Of a stretch of 64,000 nucleotides of DNA, positions 39,470 through 47,626 are shown in pieces. The position numbers and the translations under genes are program-made. The notes below the pieces were generated by a model. The model was given only the letters and a program-made list of their open reading frames with translations. It did not search any database and was not told the origin of the DNA. The DNA comes from Candidatus Latescibacterota bacterium (lineage in GTDB: Bacteria > Latescibacterota > UBA2968 > GCA-2709665): positions 4,064,001-4,128,000 of the forward strand of contig OZ252100.1 of assembly GCA_965248435.1 (NCBI GenBank), given 5' to 3'. Each line of letters begins with the position of its first letter. Position 1 is the first letter of the stretch.

Positions 39470-39685
39470 ATGAACCCTAAACAAAGTCCAAACCATCGAC
39501 TATATATTGAAGTCCTACGCAAGATGACTCCTGAAAGGAGACTGTTAAAAGCGTTCGAGCTATCTTCTTTCTCCAATCAGCTTTTCGTCCACGGCTTAAG
39601 AAAGAGATATGCCGATGCCTCAGGCGTAGAGTTTGCTGAAATTCTCAAGGATCGTCTGAACAAATGTCACAACAGGAATTATTAA
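39470..39685 (+). CDS. Small putative antitoxin (MenA1/Rv0078B-like)
   Basis: 71 aa, helical; LRKMTPERRL..AFEL...GLR.RY pattern; overlaps the NTase gene. Confidence 0.6.
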   Translation: MNPKQSPNHRLYIEVLRKMTPERRLLKAFELSSFSNQLFVHGLRKRYADASGVEFAEILKDRLNKCHNRNY

Positions 39686-40230
39686 GAAAGGTCATCGAAA
39701 CGCTCGACCGGAGTGGCATCGATTATATGGTCTCCGGATCTGTGGCTTCGAGTTTACAAGGGGAACCCCGATCGACGCATGACATTGATGTTGTAGTTTC
39801 TATTCAAGAAACCGACGTCGAGACACTGGTCGGAGCCTTTCTTCCTCCCACATACTATCTTGATGCAGAATCCATACGAGAAGCGATATCCCGTCGGTCG
39901 ATGTTCAACCTGACAGACGTCTTAGAGGGAGACAAAGCTGACTTTTGGATCTTGACCGATCAACCGTTCGATCAGTCTCGTTTTGCTCGTAAGTATGTAG
40001 AAGACGTGTTGGGTATGAGACTAACAGTATCCAGTCCCGAAGACACGATACTTGCCAAATTGCAGTGGGCATTGAAGTCGGGAGGTAGTGAGAAACAGTT
40101 CATAGATGCCCTTCGCGTCTTTGAAGTTCAACATGGCAACCTGGACCTGGCTTACCTGACTAGATGGACGGTAGATCTCGGGATTGAGGAAATGTGGAAG
40201 CGCCTGCTAGATGAGGCCGAAATCATATAG
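39664..40230 (+). CDS. Nucleotidyltransferase toxin-like protein (MenT1/AbiEii-like)
   Basis: SGSVASS.QGEPRSTHDID NTase motif, SPEDTILAKL, KQ..D and LD..YL.RW motifs. Confidence 0.8.
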   Translation: MSQQELLRKVIETLDRSGIDYMVSGSVASSLQGEPRSTHDIDVVVSIQETDVETLVGAFLPPTYYLDAESIREAISRRSMFNLTDVLEGDKADFWILTDQPFDQSRFARKYVEDVLGMRLTVSSPEDTILAKLQWALKSGGSEKQFIDALRVFEVQHGNLDLAYLTRWTVDLGIEEMWKRLLDEAEII

Positions 40231-40296
40231 ACGGGCAATGGTGTAGTCCCAGCAAAACAGACGCGCTGACGTGACGCGCGCTAAAGTTACTCCGAT

Positions 40297-40359
40297 GGAA
40301 GAGGATCAGGGGTTGCGTCAGCACGGCGCAGCCCCTTATGTCTGTCTGGATTGACGACG
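40297..40359 (+). repeat. Hairpin element, copy c
   Basis: GAGGATCAGGGGTTGCGTCAGCACGGCGCAGCCCCTTATGTCTGTCTGGATTGACGACG; its 3' tail is shared with copy d. Confidence 0.78.
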
Positions 40360-40419
40360 AGACGCTTGGATGAATGCTGGAGTTGTGCAAATGCCCTCTC
40401 GACGCAAAGGATCGGGATG

Positions 40420-40448
40420 TTGCAGTCGGTAGGACGCTTTGCTATACT
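40420..40448 (+). promoter_or_regulatory. Sigma70-like promoter with an extended -10
   Basis: TTGCAG-17-TATACT with TG at the extended -10; sequence related to the 39345 promoter. Confidence 0.6.
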
Positions 40449-40458
40449 GTAACAATCG

Positions 40459-40609
40459 CCCTAACATCACCCATGGGGACTTTGTCAGATTGTCAAGTCC
40501 ATTTGGGTGTAGGAAGCGTGAGATCACAAAGAGGATGAAACCGTGGGGAGTATCCTGCTAGAATCAGCATTGTTTGGGAGTTATACTGAGCCGCATAACT
40601 CTGTTAGAT
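40459..40609 (+). other. Long attC-like site upstream of the PLD-ATPase gene
   Basis: CCCTAAC...GCATAACTCT GTTAGAT; 3' half homologous to 35273-35350. Confidence 0.45.
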
Positions 40610-40734
40610 TGCTTGTTCGGGTAGCTTGATGGGCACGACGTGGCCTTATCCGATTGAATACGCCATCGTCCTGGCGATTGCCGTGGACTGCCTTGCCTTC
40701 TGCGTGCCTGGTGCGATCGTTCTAAACCTGGTTA

Positions 40735-42783
40735 ATGGCGGGACAGGCTATGCCGATTGACGGACTGTTTGAGGAACCTGACGAAATGCGCGAGATCCAA
40801 CCCGGGCTCGGCTTGGATGATCGCACTGGGCTTCGCGTGGTGAGCGCTGGATTCTTAGACGAACAGAAGTTCAACTGGGACCTATTTGATGGTTACGACA
40901 GCCTGAGTGTGCTGACATATTCAGCGAGCATCAAAGCCATCGTCAGGATGCTGGACAAGTATTCGTTCACAAAATTTGAGTGCGTATTTGGATATGAAGG
41001 TGTGCTGCGCGACATAAAGGATATCCTGGCGTTCCAGAAGGTGGTTGTTGGGGATGCGCGCGCCGCGATCATGGGGCTTAAGGACGAGCGATATATTCAC
41101 GTTCTAGAAAAAGTACATGCGGGTAAGGCATGCTTCCGCGTTCTTAGAAAGCACATCGCCCACGCAAAGCTGTATCTGCTATCCAGTGCTGATGGACGTA
41201 CACGTGTAATCATCGGCTCCGCCAACCTGTCTGAAAGGGCCTTTTCAGGAAATCAGTCTGAGACGCTGGTCAAATTTGATGACGATGAGAAGGCGTGGCA
41301 TCACTACAACCGTATGTTCGATGAAATTAGGGACTCGGCCTCTGATGAGATCCCCTTGCCCAAAGACAGTATCTCTAATGCGGAGATCGAGATCTCAGAA
41401 ACCCCAGTAATGGACGACCCGTCGATCACAGTCATTGTTGAGCCCCCCTCGACTGAGGAACTGGAAGTAACAGCACCCGCCCAGGTATTACGCGTAGAAA
41501 GGGTTGCGGCGGTAATTGGACAACGCGTGTCCGGAGCCATTCCACCCATTAAGAACGGTAAGCAACGGATTACTCCCGAGATAAAGAGGGAGATAAGCCG
41601 AATACGCCTCGTCAAGTCGGCCGAGGATGCAGACAGTCGCTATCTCTCCCTAGACAGGACGAATCGTGTAGCTCTGCTGTCGGGCGAGCGATTCCCAATG
41701 GAATGGGATAACGAATCAGTCAGCTCTGATGCGACAATGCTGCTGGATTACTTCAAGAACTATGAGGGCGCATTTGAGGGAAATGTGGCGCGCCTCCAGC
41801 GCGACTACTTTACTCTAATGGCCTGGTTGTATTTCTCGCCGTTCATCTGTGATATGCGCTCACTGGCGCTGCTGCAAGACAGCGATGTCATCCGATATCC
41901 GTCATTTGCGATTATTTTCGGCAAATCCAACTGTGGTAAGACCAGCCTGGTGGATACGCTGATGACATCTATGTTTGGCTATGCCCACACCGTAGAGAAA
42001 GCGAACTTTACTTCACGTCAACTTCGCGGGTTACAACAGGGATACAAGAGATTTCCCGTTGTGTTCGACGACATAGGGCGCAACGCTTTCATTCGCCATG
42101 GTAGAGATTTGATCAAGGACGAGATGCTGCCGCCCGTTAAAGAACACCCGGGTTTCATACTCTCTCTGAATGCGGAGCCGCAGTCGTTCCCCGACGAGGT
42201 GGTGAAACGCAGCATGATGATTTACACGACGACGGCGTTGCCACCACACAACGAGGAGTTGCGCCAGAGACTGCAGAGCAGGATACAGGTGATGCGCCGG
42301 GGGTTAACTGGACATCTCTATCGCCGATACTTGACAGAGGTCATGGATCGTCTCGACAATGAGCGGCTGCCGGAAGATTGGCTGGCGCTGTCGTCAGGTG
42401 TGCTGAGCAGCATCCTCTCAGACGGCAAACGTGGATCACCACCAGGCTGGTGTCGAACCGTAACCTGGTTTGACTACGCCGAGAAGCGGTATGATCGAGT
42501 AAAAGCCCGTCTCGATAACCTACTGAGGGTGTCGGCCTATGCCAAGAGCGAGGGCACTGTGCCCCGCGGATGGAGGATCGAGGCCGACAAGATTATCGTG
42601 TGGGAGCAACGGGATGCGTTCGGCAGACGTGAGTTTGATTGGGAGGACGTGCCTTCTACGCTAGTAGACGAGGAGGCTCGCGGCGGTGGCAGGACGGTGC
42701 TGCATCGAGCCAGTCTAGAGGAGTTCCTTGGTCGATCCTTGCGCCCGATGCGGCGTTGGTGGAAGCCCTGGGAGTCGGTTTAA
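40735..42783 (+). CDS. PLD (HKD-type) nuclease domain fused to a P-loop ATPase; candidate defence protein
   Basis: HAKLYLL...IIGSANLS..AF..NQ.E (NgoFVII-like PLD); Walker A FGKSNCGKTS; Walker B VVFDD. Confidence 0.8.
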   Translation: MAGQAMPIDGLFEEPDEMREIQPGLGLDDRTGLRVVSAGFLDEQKFNWDLFDGYDSLSVLTYSASIKAIVRMLDKYSFTKFECVFGYEGVLRDIKDILAFQKVVVGDARAAIMGLKDERYIHVLEKVHAGKACFRVLRKHIAHAKLYLLSSADGRTRVIIGSANLSERAFSGNQSETLVKFDDDEKAWHHYNRMFDEIRDSASDEIPLPKDSISNAEIEISETPVMDDPSITVIVEPPSTEELEVTAPAQVLRVERVAAVIGQRVSGAIPPIKNGKQRITPEIKREISRIRLVKSAEDADSRYLSLDRTNRVALLSGERFPMEWDNESVSSDATMLLDYFKNYEGAFEGNVARLQRDYFTLMAWLYFSPFICDMRSLALLQDSDVIRYPSFAIIFGKSNCGKTSLVDTLMTSMFGYAHTVEKANFTSRQLRGLQQGYKRFPVVFDDIGRNAFIRHGRDLIKDEMLPPVKEHPGFILSLNAEPQSFPDEVVKRSMMIYTTTALPPHNEELRQRLQSRIQVMRRGLTGHLYRRYLTEVMDRLDNERLPEDWLALSSGVLSSILSDGKRGSPPGWCRTVTWFDYAEKRYDRVKARLDNLLRVSAYAKSEGTVPRGWRIEADKIIVWEQRDAFGRREFDWEDVPSTLVDEEARGGGRTVLHRASLEEFLGRSLRPMRRWWKPWESV

Positions 42784-42878
42784 CCACTGATTCGTGGATG
42801 TGCCGAGAAGCGGACTCCAGGGGTTCCTTAGACGTGCAATCGAAAAACAATACAGAATGGCATCGCGTAGAAAACAAT

Positions 42879-42916
42879 CACGCCGTCAGAATGGAAACCC
42901 CTGACGGTGTTTTTTG
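42879..42916 (+). terminator. Intrinsic terminator
   Basis: CGCCGTCAG-loop-CTGACGGTG followed by a T-run. Confidence 0.6.
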
Positions 42917-43071
42917 TTTGTCTGTGACGCTCCCACAGAAGCCGCTCCGGCTGTGGCTAGGTGTGGTCGCCGTGATGCTGCAGATAGCAGATCTATAAGG
43001 GGAAGTAGTGAGCGGCTTTGGCCTATAATTCGTCTATGGTTGATTCGCCAGGACATATGGTTTCTGGAATT

Positions 43072-43290
43072 CCGCTACTCGAGGCCAAGCTCTATATCCC
43101 ATGTGGCGTCCCGGTCTGGTGTCGCGTCCGAGGCTGATCGAACGCATGCACCAGGGGATCGAGCGCAAGCTGACGCCCGTCTCGGCGCCTGCGCAAGACG
43201 ACGCTGCTGGCTGAATGGCTTACATCTGCCCGGGCCAGCGAGGGGGCCTCAGGATGGGTCTCACTTGATCAGAGCGACAATGACCCCGCT
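43072..43290 (+). pseudogene. 5' remnant of a MalT/LuxR-type STAND ATPase regulator
   Basis: Frameshifted pieces read PLLEAKLYIP / RPGLVSRPRLIERM..G..RKLT.VSAPA / KTTLLAEWL / WVSLDQSDNDP; the Walker A GFG is deleted. Confidence 0.7.
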
Positions 43291-43319
43291 CATATGTCTA
43301 TTCAAAGGAGTGATATTCA

Positions 43320-44135
43320 ATGACCGACACACGCCTGCTAAATATCGTCCGGCCCTGGATCGAAGAACGCATCGGCTTCCCATACTCGGCCATGAGCGAA
43401 GACAGTGTGGTGGTGTTGGCCTCTGACGCAGATACTCTGGACTTGCCTCTCAGAGCGATCAAGGTCAGCGGCAAGGCCGCCCTCGCTGCGCGCCCGGAGT
43501 GGGTCGAAGGACTCAGGACAATTGTGGATGACCTGCCATTAGACCTGCTCTTTTCGGAATTGGGAGCTTGCGACCTCGCGCGCGTCACGCTGCCAGACGG
43601 TGTCGGTATCTGGGGACCTGTGTGGTATTTCTTCGCAGACGAGGCGTGTTGGCAACCGTATGATGATGATCGCCCGGTACACCTTAGCCCTTCAGACCTG
43701 ACCAACGTGGACTACAACCTGTTTTGGCACTGCTCTCCAAACTCGCTTGCCGGATTCGGAATTATTGATGGCGACCGGTTGATTGCCCTGGCGACGGTGT
43801 GGGACTGTGGAGATCCGATGTGGGAGATTGGGATGGACGTAGTACCCGACGCCAAGCTGAGGGGTCTGGGACGCACGGTAGTGAGCGCCGCCACGAGGTG
43901 GATACTGAACCAAGGCAAGTTTGTTCAAGCGTCAACGGCTCCGTTCAACGTGCCGTCCGCGCGAACGCTGCGGTCTGTAGGTTTGCGGCACGTATTCACC
44001 GCCATGAACGGCACAGAAGGAACAATGCAGATTGGGCCGCAGACTCTGGGTCTCCCCTACCCATCGGCCGAAGTGCACAACCTCTATCCTGAGTGGGCGA
44101 TGAACAAGAACATTTTTCCCAAAAGGATGGGCTAA
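43320..44135 (+). CDS. GNAT family acetyltransferase
   Basis: EIGMDV.P...RGLGR...N.PS.RTL..VG; AAAGGAG RBS. Confidence 0.82.
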   Translation: MTDTRLLNIVRPWIEERIGFPYSAMSEDSVVVLASDADTLDLPLRAIKVSGKAALAARPEWVEGLRTIVDDLPLDLLFSELGACDLARVTLPDGVGIWGPVWYFFADEACWQPYDDDRPVHLSPSDLTNVDYNLFWHCSPNSLAGFGIIDGDRLIALATVWDCGDPMWEIGMDVVPDAKLRGLGRTVVSAATRWILNQGKFVQASTAPFNVPSARTLRSVGLRHVFTAMNGTEGTMQIGPQTLGLPYPSAEVHNLYPEWAMNKNIFPKRMG

Positions 44136-44143
44136 GGTATTCG

Positions 44144-44995
44144 ATGGGTTGTGGCGAGAAAGGCACGCCGATTCGATACGTGAAACCGAGCTTCTCCGAT
44201 GACCTCTTTGTGGGGACTGCTACTCATTATGTCAGTTCAAGGCTGCCCTATCCAGAAGCCTTGAACGACGATCTGCTCGCGCGAGCGGGTGTATCCGGTG
44301 AAGGCATGCTTCTCGATCTGGCCTGTGGTCCGGGAAGAGTGGGCATTCCGCTTTCCTCCTCTTTCAAGGAGGTCTGGGCAATAGACCTCGAGCCGGAGAT
44401 GGTCGAGGTGGGAAAATCTGAGGCTCGGAAGCGGGATGTAACCAATATCGAGTGGTTCGTGGGCAGGGCTGAGGAATTGGAGGCCGACCCGGGATCGTTC
44501 GAGTTGATCACGATTGGAGAAGCGTTCCACCGGCTTGACCAGGAGCGGATCGCCCGACAGGCATTAGTGTGGTTGGAGCCTGGTGGCTGCCTGGCGATCA
44601 TGGGATGCAACAGCATGGTCAAGGGGAAAGAACCCTGGCAGCTCATCGTCGCCGACGTCGCCCGTTCGTGGAAGGACCGCGTGGCTCCGAGTAGTGGCAG
44701 CGCCGGCGGCGAAAGACCTGGCAGTGGGCCCGAACACAACCGCCTCGTTCTTAAGGACATCGGGTTCGAAGATGTCGGCAGCCACGACTTTCCGCACGCT
44801 CGCGAGAGAACCGTCGAGTCGATCATCGGCTGGCTGTTCTCAAGCTCCAGGTTCTCTGAAAGAGTCTGGGGCGACGACGCGAAGGCATTCGAGGCCGAGA
44901 TCAGAACCGCCCTTCTGGACCACGATGATCGCGGGGTCTACGTTGAGCGCGTTCAGTGCGGATATACAATTGGCAGAAGACCGTCATTAGATTGA
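44144..44995 (+). CDS. Class I SAM-dependent small-molecule methyltransferase
   Basis: Y..SR.PYP, LLDLACGPG, AID.EPEM and EAFH motifs; start uncertain. Confidence 0.88.
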   Translation: MGCGEKGTPIRYVKPSFSDDLFVGTATHYVSSRLPYPEALNDDLLARAGVSGEGMLLDLACGPGRVGIPLSSSFKEVWAIDLEPEMVEVGKSEARKRDVTNIEWFVGRAEELEADPGSFELITIGEAFHRLDQERIARQALVWLEPGGCLAIMGCNSMVKGKEPWQLIVADVARSWKDRVAPSSGSAGGERPGSGPEHNRLVLKDIGFEDVGSHDFPHARERTVESIIGWLFSSSRFSERVWGDDAKAFEAEIRTALLDHDDRGVYVERVQCGYTIGRRPSLD

Positions 44996-45002
44996 ACGTG
45001 AC

Positions 45003-45060
45003 GGCGAACGCATACTGCAGGGGATGCGAGCAAGGTCGCATCCTGAGCTCGGCGGCCGCC
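45003..45060 (+). other. Degenerate attC-like site
   Basis: GGCGAAC...TGCAGGGGATGCGA GCAAGG TCGCATCCTGAGC..., 58 bp; R' has lost its GTT. Confidence 0.5.
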
Positions 45061-45084
45061 ATGGAATTGGCGAAAAGGAACACA

Positions 45085-45936
45085 ATGGACAACGCAGTGC
45101 GCCGCAACTATCGCACCATCGATGTCCGCCCGATTTCCGGTGCGCTAGGCGCCGAAATCAAGGGCGTGGATATCGCGCGGCCCCTGGAAGATGAAGTCGT
45201 TTCGGAGATCCGTCAGGCCTTCCTCGACCATCTGGTTATCTTCTTCCGCAACCAGGAACTCACTCCGCAGGAGCAACTCGCTTTCGCCCAGTTATTCGGG
45301 CAGCCCATGGAATACCCTCTGATGAAGGGACTGCCGGAATGTCCGTCGATCACGGCGGTGATCAAGCTGGAGCACGAGCAGGTGAACTTCGGCGGCGTCT
45401 GGCATTCTGACACGACTTACCTGGAGCGTCCGCCGATGGCGAGCATGCTCTACGCAGTAGAGATTCCGCCCTACGGTGGCGACACCCTGTTCGCCAACCA
45501 GTACATGGCCTACGAGACGCTATCGGAGGGCCTGAAGAAGACACTCGACGGTCTGGTCGGCGTCAGCATCTCGACGAAGCCCGAGAACGCCAGTACGCGT
45601 GTGCATCGCTTGCGCGACGCGGGCGCGGAACTGAAAGTGCTGAGCGCAGCGCATCCTGTGGTTCGCACGCACCCGGAGACCGGGCGCAAGGCGCTTTACG
45701 TCAACAACGCCCACACAACGCACTTCGAAGGTTGGACCGAGGAGGAGAGCGGGTCTCTGCTCGACTACCTCTTCGAGCACCAGGTCAGACCAGAGTTCAC
45801 CTGCCGCTTCCACTGGGGGCAAGGCTCCCTCGCCCTCTGGGACAATCGCTGCGCTCAGCACAATCCGGTGAATGACTATCAGGGGTTCAAGCGCGTCATG
45901 CATCGTATTACACTGGCCGGCGACGAGCCACGCTAG
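45085..45936 (+). CDS. TauD/TfdA family 2OG-dependent dioxygenase
   Basis: GALGAEI.GVD, WHSDTT, GGDT, HPVVRTHPETG and WDNRC.QH motifs. Confidence 0.93.
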   Translation: MDNAVRRNYRTIDVRPISGALGAEIKGVDIARPLEDEVVSEIRQAFLDHLVIFFRNQELTPQEQLAFAQLFGQPMEYPLMKGLPECPSITAVIKLEHEQVNFGGVWHSDTTYLERPPMASMLYAVEIPPYGGDTLFANQYMAYETLSEGLKKTLDGLVGVSISTKPENASTRVHRLRDAGAELKVLSAAHPVVRTHPETGRKALYVNNAHTTHFEGWTEEESGSLLDYLFEHQVRPEFTCRFHWGQGSLALWDNRCAQHNPVNDYQGFKRVMHRITLAGDEPR

Positions 45937-45999
45937 GCGCAGGCCAACATTCGGGGACCGGACGATGAAGATGAGGGTTCTGCAAGATCTGCTGTGGCT

Positions 46000-46038
46000 G
46001 CCTAACAAGCGGATGAAACCGACGGGGCAGCTTAGGAC
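46000..46038 (+). other. Internally deleted attC site
   Basis: GCCTAAC AAGCG GATGAAAC CGACG is a typical attC left half; it ends ...GCTTAGGAC with the right half missing. Confidence 0.55.
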
Positions 46039-46060
46039 ATGACGGGAAAGGATTAATCAG

Positions 46061-46496
46061 ATGAACCTTATCATCTTTGGAGCCACCGGTGGCGTAGGTC
46101 GCCATCTTGTCGAATTTGCTCTCGCACAGGGACATGCTGTCACCGCGTTTGCTCGCGATCCAGCAAAGCTCGGCATCGAGCACGCGAACCTAAAGGTTGT
46201 TCAGGGCGATGTGATGGATTTCGCTTCAGTGGAGAAAGCCGTGCAAGGTCAAGAGGCAGTGTTGTCTTCGCTCGGGGCGGGGATGAAAAGCACGATCCGA
46301 TCAGAGGGGTCGCGACATATCATCCGCGCGATGGAGAAGGCGGGGATTCGAGCGCACAGGTGAATACCGACACGGCTTCCCGGTTTCCGATAAGACGATC
46401 AATGCCGAAATCTCGCGCGCCGATGTCGCCGACTTCATGTTGAAGCAGTTGGCGGACGATACTTACCTTCACAAGGCGCCAGGCTTGTCGTACTGA
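46061..46496 (+). pseudogene. NAD(P)H-binding flavin reductase (BLVRB-like) with an internal deletion and frameshift
   Basis: IFGATGGVG N-terminal half; the C-terminal ...ISRADVADFMLKQL..DTYLHKAP.LSY* resumes in another frame at about 46350. Confidence 0.8.
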
Positions 46497-46522
46497 ACCT
46501 GAACTCATTTTGGCGCGGCGCT

Positions 46523-46581
46523 GCCTAACAAGGCGCTGCAACCGACCGCGATCCGCACTGTGCTGAGCTTGGTCGTTAGCC
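46523..46581 (+). other. attC site (59-base element), the best-preserved copy
   Basis: GCCTAAC AAGGC GCTGCAAC...GCTGAGC TTGGTC GTTAGCC, 59 bp, with RYYYAAC and GTTRRxY cores. Confidence 0.82.
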
Positions 46582-46611
46582 TGCATTAACACAAGAAAAA
46601 GAGACATTTCC

Positions 46612-47115
46612 ATGTCAACAGAAGCAGTCTTTCCGATTGCATTGATCTTGGCTACATTTCTGTGTTCCCTGGTGGCAGGCTTGCTGTTTGTTTTTGCCAT
46701 AGTGGTGATGCCGGGCATAGGAAGTTTAAATGACCGGGAGTTTATCCGAGCTTTTCAGGTGATAGATGGCGTTATCCAGAATAATCAGCCGATTTTTGTG
46801 TTTGTCTGGGTCGGTTCAGCTGTGGCTTTGGTGGCGTCGGCTGTGCTTGGCATCGGGCAATTGGATGGGGCTGAGCGTCTGCTCATAATCTTCGCCGCAC
46901 TCGCCTATCTTCTCTGCGTCCAATTGCCGACCGTCACTATTAACATACCGCTGAATAACAAACTGCAAACACTGGATGTCGACGCCATGAATGAAACAAC
47001 GCAAAATGCGGCCCGTATAGACTTCGAACCGCGTTGGAACCGATGGAACTCAATCCGGACAGCCGTTGCGAGCCTGGTATCTGCTCTGTTAATAATTCTA
47101 CTATTCAGACTTTGA
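46612..47115 (+). CDS. DUF1772 / anthrone-oxygenase-like membrane protein; gene cassette
   Basis: GL.F.F..VVMPG, F.RAFQ, NIPLNN.L and RWN.WN.IRT motifs; bounded by attC sites. Confidence 0.85.
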   Translation: MSTEAVFPIALILATFLCSLVAGLLFVFAIVVMPGIGSLNDREFIRAFQVIDGVIQNNQPIFVFVWVGSAVALVASAVLGIGQLDGAERLLIIFAALAYLLCVQLPTVTINIPLNNKLQTLDVDAMNETTQNAARIDFEPRWNRWNSIRTAVASLVSALLIILLFRL

Positions 47116-47131
47116 AGACTTCGGTAGTGGA

Positions 47132-47189
47132 CAGCAGTAAGGTGCTCCAGCGGACGCGCTAGCTCGCGTCGCTGAGCTTTGCGTTGGGC
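47132..47189 (+). other. attC site with a degenerate R'' box
   Basis: ...AAGGTGCTCCAGCGGACGCG CTAGCT CGCGTCGCTGAGCTTTGC GTTGGGC. Confidence 0.72.
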
Positions 47190-47215
47190 ATCACAGAGAA
47201 AGGTGGAGGGAAGTT

Positions 47216-47620
47216 ATGGAATCGGGAACGAATGACCGGCAGTTTAGAGGAACCGCACCCTACTTTATGGTGTGCAATCTAGAGGCGTCATTGGCGTATT
47301 ATCATCAGGCGCTCGGCTTCAACATGCCTGAGCTCTGGGGAGACCCACCCAGGTTTGCGATGCCGTCGCGTGAGGGGTTCACGTTCATGCTTCACCAGGC
47401 CGAAGGGGGGGCAGACGTCAACACCATCCGTGATCAGGGCGGTACCTGGGATGCCTACATCTGGATCAACGACGCAGATTCCCTCTTTTCGAAGTTCCAG
47501 GAAGAAGGAGCCATATTCGAGTATGAACCGTGCATACAAGAGGAGTACGATATGAAGGAGTTCGCGGTTCGTGATCCGGACGGTCATATCATTGCATTCG
47601 GTCAGCATTACGAAGCATGA
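47216..47620 (+). CDS. VOC / glyoxalase-bleomycin resistance family protein; probable cassette
   Basis: S.AYY..ALGF and Y.MKEF.VRDPDGH.I.FGQ motifs. Confidence 0.88.
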   Translation: MESGTNDRQFRGTAPYFMVCNLEASLAYYHQALGFNMPELWGDPPRFAMPSREGFTFMLHQAEGGADVNTIRDQGGTWDAYIWINDADSLFSKFQEEGAIFEYEPCIQEEYDMKEFAVRDPDGHIIAFGQHYEA

Positions 47621-47626
47621 AGGCCG

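Noticed and set aside
40245-40290. CAGACGCGC...CGCGCGCT as an attC after the NTase gene; also GTTTAAC at the PLD-ATPase stop (42778) as an R'' box
   Set aside because: Both lack a matching partner core and a convincing stem.
44144-44995. Methyltransferase as the cognate MTase of the PLD-ATPase
   Set aside because: It has no DPPY/NPPY or PC motif and looks like a small-molecule class I methyltransferase.
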